Of a DNA stretch of 64,000 bases, positions 17,306 through 31,808 are shown piece by piece. Within the stretch, counting starts at the first letter, position 1, and every line of letters begins with the position of its first letter. Where the stretch lies: assembly GCF_009914755.1 (NCBI RefSeq), contig NC_060927.1; one strand, written 5' to 3'. This DNA is from the human T2T-CHM13v2.0 reference genome, Homo sapiens. Below the pieces are notes generated by a model. It ran no database searches and was not told the DNA's origin. It saw only the letters and a list, made by a program, of their open reading frames with translations. Position numbers and translations under genes: made by a program.

Positions 17306-20300
17306 ACAACGAGAACACACGGACACAGGAAGGGGAACATCACACATCGAGGCCTGTTGTGGGGTGGGGGGAGGGGGGAGGGATAAGCTTTAGGAGATAT
17401 ACCTATTGCTAAATGACGAGTTAATGGGTGCAGCACACCAACATGGCACATGTATACATATGTAACAAACCTGCACATTGTGCACATGTACCCTAAAACT
17501 TAAAGTATAATAATAATAAAATAAATGTAATATTAAATTAAAAAAAAAAACAAAACATCAAGAAACAGTCAAACCTGTTGACTCTGTTGTGCTTTCCCCA
17601 TGCACAGAATATCCATCTGCAAATGATTTCATAGTTACTTCACTCAGTAGAGACCCTGCTGATGAATAAATGGAGATATAAAGCTTTCCATGTACTGTGC
17701 CATCTTCTCCAAATATGAGCTTACATTGCTGAGTAAATATCCTTACATGATCAGTTTTTCATATTCTGAGAACCTCAATTCCTACACAATTGTTTGCACA
17801 ATTAAAATTCAATATCATTGGTTTCTAACTTTTTTTCTGCCAATATACTTGAGGGAAAACCTATATCATAAATAATATATATAAAACCTATATATGTGTA
17901 TGTTATATATCATATATAACCTATATCATAGATATATATAACTCTGACTCACTTTCTTAAAGGAAAACTTTAAGGGAGTTACACCAAGGCCAAATATGGA
18001 AGAGCATATATAAATCTCATAAGAGTACGGATGAAAGCCTCCAAGTCCCAGATATCAGTGATTGCAGTCTTCCACCCTAAAAGTGGTGTCTACCTTCACT
18101 CTGTCACAATTATTTATAATATTATATATTTACATACAGTACATATATATAATATTCGACTCATTATTCATAAAAAGCTTTCTCTCTTCATTCATAAATT
18201 CCACATTCCTATAAAACATCTGATAACCATCATTCTAGTTATGTGAATTTGTACATATTTTATGTAATAAGATACAAAATTTCTATCCCAATTGGCAGAA
18301 CCAACTTCCAGGTTTCAACCACATTCTGCATAGTAAACCTAATAGTTACAAAGAAGAGGGGGTTAAAAAAAACAACAACACCACACAGACTGATGACGTG
18401 AGGCTTTTACAAAGGAACTAGGATGATACTCTCTCTGACACTGTCAACTGCCCTCTGCAAGAATCCTGGTAGAATCTTGAGAACTCACTTCAGGCAAGAC
18501 CAGCATCAGGGAAAGCGCAGGGCAGGATTCCTTCAACAACTGCCCAGTTGGAAGATAAAATATAAACATGAGTGACTGAAATATCTAAATATTTACACAA
18601 CCACAGCTGGAAAAAGATATACACGTAAGTGCTAAGTATTTCAAGGAAATATATCAAAGTCACACGAGATTTATGATGAGGAAACCAAACTCCTAGTTGG
18701 ATGTAAACTGCTTCCCCCTCTGAGAGGTCACTTTTACACAAACACAGAAAGTAACCATTTAAGAGACTGCTCGTGTTACTATTCTGTTGAGGTAAGCATA
18801 AACATATGTATTAAAAGAATTATATATATAATTTTATTCTTTATTCATATATATGATTTTTTTCTATCATGACATTAATATTTACCTTATGGTTTTGTTT
18901 ATTTGTGTTTCAGGTCTGTTTCTTAACAGACAGAAAAAACAGTATTTATTTTATTAGTAGTTTTGTTTTGATCCAACCGTTTTCATACTCTGCTGTATAA
19001 AATTAGAAAACCTAAAATGATTAAAGTATCTGTCTCCATCAAATATCATATTAATGTATCTTGCAGCACAAAAATTCTTATAAAACTGTTAAAAGCAGAA
19101 GAGGAACAAATTCAGTGAGTAGCTGACAGATACACCATAAATATTAATAGACAATTAATAGAGAATTTGGCGACATCTGTCCAAGGTGGGGACAGGGATG
19201 TAATTATATATATAATATATAAAAATCTATATATTTATATATAGGTTCAAACCTATATTCTTAAAAGAGCCTTGCTGCTTAACACTTTTATTTAAGCTCC
19301 ATTTACCTTTAAAGGAGCAGAACTGCCTCCAATTATTAACATAAATCCTATCATGGGCACTAATCCTGTAATTTTCCTGTCAGAATTTCATCCTACAAGA
19401 AGACATTTGTTAAAAAATAAGAAGGCAGCACCCATTAATTACTCACTGTGCAGAGTAGATTTAAATATCCTCTATTAAGTTACTCACATTTCCAAATACT
19501 CATGCTTACTGTTGAAATAAGAAGCATAAAAACAGTCCACACTCTACAAAAAAAGCTAAGTACTTTCACCCAAAATTATACATAGTACATGAATACAAGG
19601 AAAATGGAATGGATTATAATAACTACATGATTACTACATAATGCCATTTCGCTCAGCTACTTTATTTTATTCTAATGTCTCTTGATTATAAACTTCTACC
19701 TAAGCAAACACTATTTAGAGGAAAACTTCTCCAGTCAAAATTTAGAATAACCCTAATAATTAACTGAGTGCCATTGGTAGAATTTATCATCTAAAATGGT
19801 TACCAAAATAGACCAAAAGGAAATTCCAGGAGTGAATGCCTGGTGTTTTTGTAATATTCCTAAAGAATCTAATATCGTATGGCTATGTCCCCAGAGATAT
19901 GAAAAAGATTGGCAGTAGCATAAGTTACATTTTAGAAAGAATTTTGCCTCCCCTCTCCCATTGTTAATAATACATAGACAACTAAGTAGGAGAGGGTTTT
20001 CTGTCATGAGACCCAAATATCATAGAAGCTAGAAGGGCAATAACTGGAGAATTGTCACTATTGAACCAATTCAGGCAGGATTTCATCCTGAGCTGTAACT
20101 AAGGGAACTGGAAGGTTGAAGCTGGCTAGCTGAGTTCATTCTTCCTATTTGCCCCTTAGTAAAATGCTCAAGTAACATGCAAACTGAAGAATTTTACTTT
20201 CTGTAAAATACTGAACAAAGTATATTTGCATGTGTTAAAGTCCAAATTCTCTCAATCTCCCATCCACCAATTTATCCATTAGTTGTTTACCTGTATATTA

Positions 20301-20539
20301 TTCCTATACTGTAGTATGAATTGTGTTAAGCATTGGCAGCACAAAGAAATATGAAATAGAATCCCTGATCTTAACAGCCTGAAGTCTACCAAGGGAGGCA
20401 GAAATATTAACAAGAATAATATTGAAAAATAAGAGCCATACAAGAGAAGACACCAGTAGAAGAAACTGGAATCAAAGGAAGAAACAGCGTGAGGGTAGAG
20501 GGACATAAACTACTGTAACACCTGAGGGGAAAGTAATTA

Positions 20540-20700
20540 AAACTAGAGACTGGATTCAGATGGTCTGGGTTCAAATCTAGCCTCTGGTACTTCTTAGTTG
20601 TTTGAACTTGAATAAACTGCTTAAACTCTCTGAATATTAGTTTCTCCATCTGTAAAATGAGGCTAAAATAATACCTACACTTTACAGGTTAGCATAAGTT
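20540..20700 (+). mobile_element. MIR fragment
   Basis: CTGGGTTCAAATCTAGCCTCT...AGTTTCTCCATCTGTAAAATGAGG core. Confidence 0.75.
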
Positions 20701-21808
20701 CTAATGCACAAAATAATATTACATTGATCCATGAGTTGGAACCATTAATCAAGTATTTTGGAAGCTGTCATAAGCACCATTATTTGATTTTAGATTCTCC
20801 TCCTAACTCTTTTCTGGAATTACATTAGGATTCTTAGTAATTTGTAGATGAATTAATTATTTTCCCTAGATTTTTAAGAAACACTGAAAATAAAGCTAAA
20901 TCTTTAGTTTAAGTTGAGCATTCAACTTAAAATAATTTTCCACTTATACAGGTCTTGGCAAGTTTTGGCACAATTCCAGCAAAGCATCTTTCAAAAGACA
21001 GAAAAGAAAAAAAAAACTAGAGCATTTAGCAGAGCCAACTTACTGTTTTACTGAGAAGCATCAGAGACTGACTAACTAAAGCCATCTATAATAAAGCATC
21101 TCTGTTCCTTGTGGAAAATATTGCAAATATATCCACTGAGTAAATGTATTGCTTTCAAAATTTTAAAGACACACTAGTGCTTTTAAAATATTACTGAGTG
21201 AAGAGTCATATTGTTTTTCATCTCCTTTTCATTAAAAATACAAAAATACTATGGGTAGCCAGAGTATAGATTGTTTGTAATTGTGCATCCGTAACACTCA
21301 TTCTAATGGACCAAAACATTTAGGTCTGAAAATAGAATATAATACAACAAATATAACATAATATAATATAGTAGCTTATTTCAGCTGTTAGAACCAATCA
21401 GACCTTTGAAATGTTCACTGACAAAGGAGTTTGGACAATATTTTTCAATCATGAAAAACAGCATTTGGGTGGTCCCAGGATTTTTTTTATTGCTATGGAA
21501 ACATAGTTAATTATAATCTTCAGTTTTCTTTATATTAGAACAAATTATATGGTACTGCAATCAATGTGAATCTGCACTTCATTTCTTTCTTTATAATATA
21601 GAAATAGCAGATGGTTATATATTTGAGCCAACTATAACCTCAATATACAGAACATGAGCAGATTCCTCTATTGAAGTGGCAACTTAAAAGTACTCTTATA
21701 ACTTATAAAATAAACCTTGCTTAACAAAACTACTTTGTTCTCAATTTAAATTTCTAAGGAGAGAATTTCTTTTTTCTGAAGTTAATCTTACTTTTGTGTT
21801 TAAAAACT

Positions 21809-22258
21809 TTTTTTTTTTTTTTTACTTTTATGTTCAGGGGTCATGTGCAGGTTGGTTATATAGGTAAACTGTGTGTCATGGGGTTATACAGGTAAACTGT
21901 GTTCCATGGGGTTATATAGGTAAACTGTGTGTCATGGGGGTTATACAGGTAAACTGTGTGTCATGGAGTTATATAGGTAAATTGCGTGTCATGGGGTTAT
22001 ATAGGTAAACTGTGTATCATGGGGTTATATAGGTAAACTGTGTGTCATGGGGGTTATACAGGTAAACTGTGTGTCATGGGGGTTATACAGGTAAACTGTG
22101 TGTCATGGGGGTTTGGTGTACAGATTATTTCATTACCAAGGCAATAAGCATGGTACCTGACATGTATTTTTTCTGAACCTCTCTCTCCTCCCAACCTTCA
22201 CCCTCCGGTAAACCCCAGTGTCTGTGGTTCCCCTCTTTGTGTCCATGTGTTCTCATTG
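21809..22258 (-). mobile_element. 5'-truncated old L1PA (approx. PA13-16) 3' end with poly(A), sense to ROBO1
   Basis: T17 tail then GTTCAGGGGTCATGTGCAGG...GGTTTGGTGTACAGATTATTTCAT...GTGTCCATGTGTTCTCATTG. Confidence 0.82.
21854..22113. repeat. Minisatellite: 9 copies of a 28-29-bp unit GGTTATAYAGGTAAACTGTGTGTCATGG(G)
   Basis: GGTAAA cores start at 21863, 21891, 21919, 21948, 21976, 22004, 22032, 22061 and 22090. Confidence 0.95.
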
Positions 22259-25200
22259 TAAAACCATGTTTTTAAGCTATCAAAGTATGTAAAAACAAGT
22301 ATGAATATAATAAAATTCCTTAACCATAGGAGGGTTTTTAAAATTATAATTAAAGTAATATTTATGAGTTCTTTGTCTAAAGAGTTACATCAGATTTTCA
22401 TGGAATCTGTATATTACAAATATAATTCGCCAAAAGTCAATAAACTAAAATCAATTAAAGTACTAAAAATAAAGCTTTCAACTTTTTGCATTAGGCAATC
22501 ATACTTGTGTTATACTTCAATAACTCTTGATTCTAGGTGAGTTACTAATGTCTGCAAGATAGCATATGGGATTGCAATTTTAAGGATAACTGTCTAAAAA
22601 CAATTACACTTTTAGAAAACAAAATACTTAAAATAACCTTTTAAAGGATTACTGAGAAATCCCTATAGGAATGCTGTCAACTTCACTCATTTTAAAAACT
22701 CAACCAGTACTTCTGACATGAGTAAGAATTCCTGAAGAAAACCTTTTACACATTAGCAAACTAATTGTATTCTTTCTCTCCTGATATCTTCCTCATATCT
22801 TTCTCATTATATCTTGGCTTTAGCTCTTGCAGATCCTAAGGGCACCCCAGTAAGATACTGAGAGGCAGCTTCTAATCATTTAGCACACAAGATATAGAAA
22901 TTTGAAAGGTATTCCAAATGTTAATGTAAAATCTAAATTTTAAGTAATCATAAATACTTAAATAGTATCCTATAGTACATACTTTAGTAAATATTTAAAT
23001 GAGTAATTAGTAATCTTTATTTTCTAAAGGGGTAAGTAAATAATTCATCATTCCAAAACAAATGTCTAGTTGATCTAATAGACAAAATAAGCCATAAATA
23101 TTAACATATACAACATTTAATGCAAAAAGATTAGAATCCCCCAAATTTTCCTAATTCCAAGAACATTTTATTATTGATAATATAATGCCTACATGCATTT
23201 ATCATTTTGTATTTTAACGCAACTTTGAAAGGGAAATCTATTACTTAAACTATCTTGAGAGTGGTGTAATTCTTAATTTTGAAGGAAAAAAGCCATAAAA
23301 ACCAGTTTTGTTGAAATATCTGTGTTTAATTAATAAATAATTAACCATAACTGAAATATTTCCACATCCCCATTGCCTGAAACAGCACCTAGCATGTGGC
23401 AGGTACTCAATAAACATTTGTTGAATGAATAATCAATAATAATGGAAGAAGAAAATGTTAAGTGATGCCATAGGCATTTATACCTAGTGGTATAGACAAG
23501 CATCATTCTTGGAGGCAGTCAGTGTACCTCTGAGCTGAAGATAAAATAAGGAATAGCCTTAATTCTGCTTATGGGAAGCAGAAATCCACAAGGGAAGGGA
23601 GTCTTGAAGACACGGCCTTCCTGTAAGCAATTGGCTATACAAGGCTCTTGGCCCATTCATGGCTGGAAGCTCTCCTTAAATTTAATTCTGAGGACACTGA
23701 AACCTGAAACGTGAACACAGTATCACATGTGGTATAAATACAAGAATTAACAGAGGTGAAAGTTGTACAATTCTAGCTTAAAAGACAGACTGAGAAAAAG
23801 AGAGACAGAAAAAGAAGAGACACAGAAGAAAGGTCTGAAAAGAATCTTAACATTATTTCTTAGAGGCTGTTGAAAAATGTGTAGTTTTTGTTTCCTTCTC
23901 TATAAGTGTGTGTCGTTTCTAAATAATCCACGATCTTCTGGTGTTATTTTCATAATAAAATCTTTTATTTTAGAAGTTCTAAAAACCAACAAATATTTTT
24001 TGGGAAAATATGGAGAAAATAAAATTGAACCTTTGTTAACTCTTTTGCATTCATTTATTCACTCGAAATATATGTACTAAATGTCCATGCTGCACCAGGT
24101 CTGCACTAGATGCTGGTGATACAAGAATGCCAAAAAAAAAAAAAAAACCTTCAAAAAAACAAAAACAGTAAGTGGTACCTGTCTCTCTCTCTCTCTTTTC
24201 TTCTAGTTATTAAAGTTTCAAAGTTAATACAAATGGCAAGTGACACTGTGTGCACTTAATCAATGCATATGCACTTATATACCTCTTAGCCAGCTTTTTA
24301 ACATGGGGGCCCGTAAACAACCAGTAAGCAAATCTGCAAGTTGTGTATGCAGAACTGCATGCAACACGGTTACAATGAGTGGGAGCAAATGCCTTCGACA
24401 AAAATAAGCTTTCCTGGAAATGTGAAAAGCCTGAGTGAGATTACATGAATAGAGACCACAAACCCTGAGGCGCATAGCTGCTCAGTCATGCCCTGTGTGA
24501 TCCTTAGGAGTTAAAAGACTGGATATGGATTTAAACCGATTAACAGTTATCAATTGCCTCTTCTCTTTAGGAGGCAAATAGACCTAATTGTCTTACTTAT
24601 CTTCCATGCCATTACATGCTAATTCCTAGTCTATGCTGCCCAGGGAAAACCATTTATTTAAACTTTACATTATTTTTCACTTCACATTTGATTATTTTTA
24701 AGCATGTGTGAGATCCTTCAATAATAATAAACCCAATTACGTTATTAAAATATACTTTCTTCCCACTCAGCCTGTAATAACTGATATATCTCAATATAAT
24801 GGGTTTTGCTCTAGCTTTCTGCTAGCACAGAAACTACAAGTGACATAGACCGAGATGCAGCATAAGGTTCTTGGTTTTTTATATAAATTTACTTTGTCAT
24901 TAATGTTAGGACAATATATAATACAGTCTTTTGAAAAAATAAGAGGATTTTTCTTTTGAAATAAGTATTTTGTTTACTACATATATGCATAAACGTCTGC
25001 TTTGGAAAAACCTAGAGCAAGGTTCAAAATATGGATAACTGTTTTCTTACCTATTCAGTCATAATCTCTGGGTACAAAGACTAGTAACTGGTCTTTTCAG
25101 GTATGCAAGGTGATTTCTAATGTACACTAAAGTTTGGGAATCTTATTCCTTAAAGGGCTTTGAACTAAAACATTTAAACATTTGTTAATTCTCAAAATAA

Positions 25201-25521
25201 CTTTAAATTGTAGTTGGAGAAATATTCAAGTTATAATTCTTATTTATCCATTAGGCTAACATTTCAATGGTTTAAACATCATTTAGAAACACAAATAATT
25301 CCAAATTTTGATGTGTTTGAGAATTAGATATATCCCATCATTTTAGGACCAAGTTCTGAGAAATGCCTTCCGATAAGTACCCTCAGTTTGAAAACAGGAG
25401 TATCTCTTTTTCTGAACACAACTTTCAAATAAAACTATATATTAAAAAAATCCACGATTTCAAGTTTATCGATGACTTAGTAAGATTAACCAATTCTTTT
25501 AAATACAGGAATCTTATCCTA

Positions 25522-25640
25522 CGTTGACCAATTCATCCCAGTTTAACCAGGACCGTCCCAGTTTAACCAGGATCATCCCAGTTTTAATAATTAAAGTTAC
25601 CTCAATCAGTCCCAGGTAAACCAGGATGCTTGGTCACCCT
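25522..25640. mobile_element. hAT-Blackjack MITE (MER81/MER94-like) with an internal 20-bp tandem duplication
   Basis: Ends TGGTCACCCT (TIR type AGGGTGACCA); TCCCAGTTTAACCAGGA repeated. Confidence 0.6.
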
Positions 25641-25648
25641 TTCTTCTT

Positions 25649-25929
25649 CTTTTTTTTTTTTTTTTTTCCTTGAGATCAGGTCTTGCTCAGTCATCCAGGT
25701 TGGAGTGCAGTGGCGTGATCTTGGCTCTCTGCAGCCTCAACCTCCCAGGCTCAAGTGATCCTCCCACCTGGGACCACAGGTGTACACTGCCACACCCGGC
25801 TAATTTTGTTTATTTTTAGTAGAGGTTTTACTATGTTGCCAGGTGGGTCTCCAACTCCTGAGATCAAGCTATCCTCCTGCCTCAGCTTCCCAAAGTGGTG
25901 GGAATACAGGCATGAGCACTGTACCGGCC
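25649..25929 (-). mobile_element. AluJ with 14-bp TSD
   Basis: TSD CACCCTTTCTTCTT at 25635-25648 and 25930-25943. Confidence 0.9.
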
Positions 25930-26849
25930 CACCCTTTCTTCTTAATAAGTCAAGTGGAACAGACTGAAAGAGCAAATATCCCATCAAAAAAAATTAATCA
26001 TAGTAACTAGTACCAAAAAGCATATTCAAATTGTCCTATGATATAAACTGTTTTAAAACAAAGAATGCATTACAACCAAATTTAAAAACAAAGTTTACTG
26101 AAAGGCAATATGTGTGAAAGAAAGAGATTGTCACATTACTATCATATTTGATAAACTAGTTTTATTATAAGAGTAGAATAGTCTACCTACTGTGAAAATA
26201 CAGAAATAAATCCAATGCAAAGAGGAAAACTACAGTAAATTCTCTACTTGTTTTTTATATTAATTTTAAAACCAGAGGAATAATAATTGTTACATGGCAG
26301 AGACCCGAGAAAAAATAATCTAAAACAATGCATGGAAGTAAAATTATTTCAAATCAACAAATATTTACTGAGTAACTATTCTGTACAGACCCCTATAGAT
26401 TGTAGATAGAAGCCCAAAATTTATAGCATTTATGGGCCTGTGATATAAGTATAGTAGACAAGGGAAGAAAGAACAGATCCACAAAAGTTCAATACAGAGC
26501 TATACCATAGATTTGCTAAAAGTTTTGTAAATTCACCCACTATGTGATCAACAAGAGATATATGCCATCTAAAAACTTCACAATGATACCATGAAAAGCA
26601 ATATAGCAAGATCTGTGACAATATAGCATCTGGTGTTTAATACACAGATAGCACAACATTTCAGCAATGATAAATTCCTTGATTATTTTCACCTGATTCA
26701 CAACTGGGGTTAGCTTGGAGGTTGAAAAGGTACAACCAAGGATTATTAGTCAAAAGTATATGCTTTTGGGGAGTGGGGGAGGGTGGCATGATTAAATTGT
26801 AAGATTGAAAAAACAGCCAGCTATTTCTGCAGCAAAAATTGTCTAATCA

Positions 26850-27010
26850 AGCCAGGTAACAGCGGTGCCTGTGGTCCCAGCTACTCAGGAGGCTGAGGTG
26901 GGAGGATTACTTGAGGCCAGGAATTCAAGGCTGTAATGCACCTATGATCACACCCGTGATTAGCCCCTGCACTCCAGCATGGGTGACACGGCAAAATCCC
27001 ATCTCTAAAA
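26850..27010 (+). mobile_element. FAM (fossil Alu monomer)
   Basis: Monomer with GATCACACCCGTGATTAGCCCCTGCAC; degenerate TSD AAATTGTCTAATCA / AACTTATCTAATCA. Confidence 0.78.
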
Positions 27011-27326
27011 ACATAGAAAATTAAATTTAAACTTAATTTTTTTAAACTTATCTAATCAGAAATACAGTGCCCTTAAAAATGAATATCTGCAAATATCTAC
27101 CAATGCAAATAGAGGTAATATTAATATGTAATATAGCAATATACTTTTATAATATCATGTTAACATATAGCAATATATATTTTATAATATATTAATATAT
27201 TATATAGCAATATGTATTTGTAATATCTATATTTCTATGTATTATACATAAACTTAAAACAATTATTTTATATTTACCTGACTAAATAACACTATGGAAG
27301 AAGAAAAGTTAAAAGAATACATAATG

Positions 27327-27608
27327 GGTCCGGGTGTGGTGGCTCACACCTGTAATCGCAGCACTTTGGGAGGCCGAGGCAGGTGAATCACGAGGTCAAG
27401 AGATCGAGACCATCCTGGCTAACATGGTGAAATCCCATCGCTACTAAAAATACAAAAAGTTAGCTGGTTGTGGTGGCACGTGCCTGTAGTCTCAGTTCCT
27501 CGGGAGGCTGAGGCAGAATTGCTTGAACCCAGGAGACAGAGCTTGCAGTGAGCCAAGATTGCGCCACTGCTCTCCAGCCTGGGCAACGAAGCGAGACTCC
27601 GTATTAAA
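27327..27608 (+). mobile_element. AluSc-like
   Basis: GGTCAAGAGATCGAGACC diagnostic; tail has become a (CA)n tract. Confidence 0.88.
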
Positions 27609-27619
27609 ACACACACACA

Positions 27620-27668
<49 letters not shown>
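27609..27668. repeat. (CA)n microsatellite in the Alu tail
   Basis: Seen directly. Confidence 0.95.
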
Positions 27669-27676
<8 letters not shown>

Positions 27677-28369
27677 AATGGTACAGGGTACAGAAAATAC
27701 TTAAGGAATTAAGTATTTTTACTGGTTTTCCATTCACAAACTTTTTACTTGGCAAACTGTAAGCAGATCTGTTCTAGTGTTTTCTGTTTCGCATCACCCT
27801 AATCGTTGCAATACGCTGTATGTATAGCCAATTGGAATCTTATTTATGCCACTTTTCAGAGTTCCCATTTTCCTTCATAATAGTTTTGAACCATAATGTA
27901 CAAAATACTATTTTAACTGCAATTTACAGAAAATCCCCTCTCTCTGAATTATTACCACTATACATATACTGGCAATACTTCTGCAACCTTTGAACTTAAA
28001 GATATTTATCCCTCTTTGCAAATCTGACACCCAAAAGTATGCAAAAGCCCTACCAAATACAACAATTGTAAATTTTTCATACAAAAAAAATTTGAAAAGA
28101 CAGGGAGAGATGAATCAAAATTTTTATGGAACATAAGATGCAAGGAGATGGTCAAGATGACACTACTACCTTGTATAACCCACAGAATGCTTGTTCTGAC
28201 TTAGTTCTGCACAGTTAGCTGCACTGATGTGTTTAAGAATAGTAAGAACAAATGGAGCTTTCTCAAAACATCTCAAAAGCACACAGGTAAGATTTTTTTT
28301 AAATTATCTCATTTATCTTGAATGTCAGGTTAGAACAATAGCTAAAATGTACTTACGTTCCAATTTGAT

Positions 28370-28560
28370 TAGGTGTTTTAATTCTCATAGTACCCACAAC
28401 ATTCTGAAGTGGGCACTATTATTATCCATAACTTACAGATGAGAAAACTGAGGCACAGAAATGAAATAACTCATCCCAAATTTCACAGACACTAACAAGT
28501 GGAACTAATATTCAGACTCCTACAGTCTGTTCCAGAATGTGGGCAGTGAACCACTAAACT
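28370..28560 (-). mobile_element. MIR fragment
   Basis: TTACAGATGAGAAAACTGAGGCACAG core. Confidence 0.75.
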
Positions 28561-29381
28561 ATAATGTAAAATAGTGCAATGGTGTAAGAATTCACCTTGT
28601 ACAAGAATGTACTGCATAGACCCATAATTTTTTTTTAAGTCCTCAAAGTTAATTTAAATTGAAGAAAACTACAAAACACACTTTTGTTGTATGTGGTAGT
28701 TGGGAGGAGAGAAGGCAGTAGATTCATAGTCACAGTACTTGGGCTTTTCTTCTAGGCCCATGTTTTTTGTTTTTTGTTTTTTTTTTTTACCTCTCTACCC
28801 TCAGTTACTGGGTCGGTTTCTTCATCCATAAAATGAGGTTAATATAGCATGTTAAAGCTGGAAAAAGAACAGATAAATTTGTCAACCCTCACATTTTCCA
28901 AACAAAGGAAAACTAATCACTAGAGTGAAAATACTTGATCAAAGTTGACAACAAATAATCCCCTCTCACTAGAACCAGGATCCTGTTCTAACTCCCATGA
29001 ACACCAAGTTAGGAGTAAAACTTTCCATAAAAGACACTAAAGAAGAGATGTTCTTTGCCTGTTCAGGCAAAGTGCCTGTGCTTCAAAGTGCCTGTGAATC
29101 TTGAAAGTGGAATGCAAATCTCTCTGGGTGTGAATGAAGATATAAACGCAACAGTCTTAGAAGAGGGTCTAATCTTTAAAAATATAAGTATAATTTTCTT
29201 TACTTTTTTGGGGGAATTTTTAAAAAGCTCAGCATGGTAAATCACTTGCACAATATTTCCCTAATAATTTGCAGTGAGCTGAGAGTCAAACTTAAAACTG
29301 TAAACTCCGGGGTCTGCCATCCTTCCCTGGTACTGTCAGAGAACACTCCTTCTCCGCCTTGTCATTTTAAAACTTCTTTTC

Positions 29382-29660
29382 GGCCGGGCGCGGTGGCTCA
29401 CGCCTGTAATCCCAGCACTTTGGGAGGCCGAGGAGGGCGGATCACGAGGTCAGGAGATCGAGACCATCCTGGCTAACACGGTGAAACCCCGTCTCTACTA
29501 AAAATACAAAAAATTAGCCAGGCGTGGTGGCGGCGCCTGTAGTCCCAGCTACTCGGGAGGTTGAGGCAGGACAATGGTGTGAACCTGGAGGGCAGCGCTT
29601 GCAGTGAGCCGAGATCGCGCCACTGCACTTCAGCCTGGGCGACAGAGTGAGACTCCATCT

Positions 29661-29691
<31 letters not shown>
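29382..29691 (+). mobile_element. AluY
   Basis: Full dimer, CpG-rich, A30 tail. Confidence 0.95.
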
Positions 29692-29693
<2 letters not shown>

Positions 29694-30264
29694 TTTCACA
29701 TTTACTGTTCTCCTGATGCTGGACTCAGTACAAGACGAGTGAAGTAACACCTGTTATTATTACCCCTTGCCCAAGCAGGAAGTTCAAGTTATTTTCTGTT
29801 GGGAAGTAGTTTAGCAGACATTAATATTCTTAAGAAAGATAACAGCAATGCAGGCACTCGGTGTTGAGCATGGAGTATCTTAGTATCTTCCAGGTAAGTA
29901 CTGGGCATTGGATACATGTGATCTCATACTTGATATATATATATATATATATATTACCTTGCAATGCTGATGATAGGAGGGTGGGTATGAAGAACTAACC
30001 CTATCCTTCAAAACCTGATACAAATCTTATAATCTAGGAGTTTGGTATTTAGAAAGATTAGAGTTTTCAAGTTGAGAGAGCTCGGAGTCCAAGAAATATG
30101 GGATGAAGTACCAAAAGCAAAATATATACAGTACATTTCCAAAGAGAAAAGACAATCAAAAGTTAAGTGAAGTGGGCAGACTCTCTTCACAAAGAAGATG
30201 ATGCCTTGGATGAACATGGTGGGTTAGAAATAATTTGAGTGGATCAGAGACTCTTTACCTCTGA

Positions 30265-30657
<393 letters not shown>

Positions 30658-30723
30658 CCTTCAGATTCTTTAAGAAGGTCATGAATATACAACAAATTTT
30701 AAAATAAAAAACAAAATAGTGGG

Positions 30724-31179
30724 TGTATTAGTTTCTTTGGGCTGCAATAACAAAGTACCACAAAATGAGTGACTCATACAACAGAAATGTATTGAATTCC
30801 TCACAGCTCTGGAGGTTAGAAGTTCGAGATCAAGGTGTCAGTAGGGTTGGTTATTTCTCAGGGCAGTGAGGGAGAATTTGCTCCACCTCTCTCTCTCCCA
30901 GCTTCTAGTGGTTTCCTGGCAGTTCCCCGGCGGCTGCTGCATCACCTATCCTGATCCCTGTCTTTATCTTTACATGGTGTTCTCCTTACATCTCTATCTT
31001 TGTGTCCAAATTTCCCCTTTCTATAAGGACACAGCCATATTGGATTAGGGCCCACCCTAATGACCTCACCTTATCTCTAGCATTTGCAAAGACCTTATCT
31101 TCAGATAATGTCACATTCACAGATACCAGCGGTTAGGCCTTCAACAACATTTTGGGGGACAAAATTCAACCCGTAACCA
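30724..31179 (-). mobile_element. MLT1 (ERVL-MaLR) solo LTR
   Basis: TGTATTAGTTTCTTTGGGCTGCAATAACAAAGTACCACAAA...GGGGACAAAATTCAACCCGTAAC. Confidence 0.85.
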
Positions 31180-31687
31180 TAGGATAAGCAGAGATGTATG
31201 GAAAACGTGTCTCAAATGGGGTGTACAGGGGCAGAAAGGGAACAAGCCTAGCCTGGTTTATATGAAGGGTTCAGTTAAAGACTAGTGAAAATAGGAGTTA
31301 AAAGGCAAACTTTTGCCAAACTGTAGAGACCTAAATACGTCCAAAAAAAAGGCTTTTTGTTCTTAGCCTAATAGCAACACAGAAGTTCTTAAAAGATTTT
31401 CAGAAGTAGAGTGACATGATGAAAATGCTGTTTAGGAGCACTCAATTCACAGGGCTAGGGAGAATGAAGAGCAGTGGGAAGAGACTCAAAACCTGAGAAG
31501 ATAACCATCCCCATAATACAGGAATGAAAGAACAGAGGTCATAAAAATGAATAAGAAATGAAAATTACGAAGAAAGAACTCATACAACTTAGTCCAATGG
31601 CTCAGAGTTTTAGGGGTCTAAAAGAGGAAAGCAAGCTTAGGGTTTTTTTTTTGTTTTTTTTTTTTAAACCTGTGTTTCATTTGAAAC

Positions 31688-31808
31688 CTTTTTTTTTTTA
31701 TTTTTGTAGAGACAGATTCTCTCTCTGTTACCCAGGCTGGTCTCAAACCCCTGGGCTAAAGTGATCCCCCCGTGCTGGGATTACAGGCATGAGCCACTGC
31801 GCCCAGCC
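31688..31808 (-). mobile_element. Alu left-arm/FLAM fragment with an internal deletion
   Basis: TTTTTGTAGAGAC...GTGCTGGGATTACAGGCATGAGCCACTGCGCCCAGCC. Confidence 0.8.

Noticed and set aside
21854-22113. CRISPR-like array (28-29-bp repeats)
   Set aside because: Head-to-tail units with no unique spacers; eukaryotic, L1-derived sequence.
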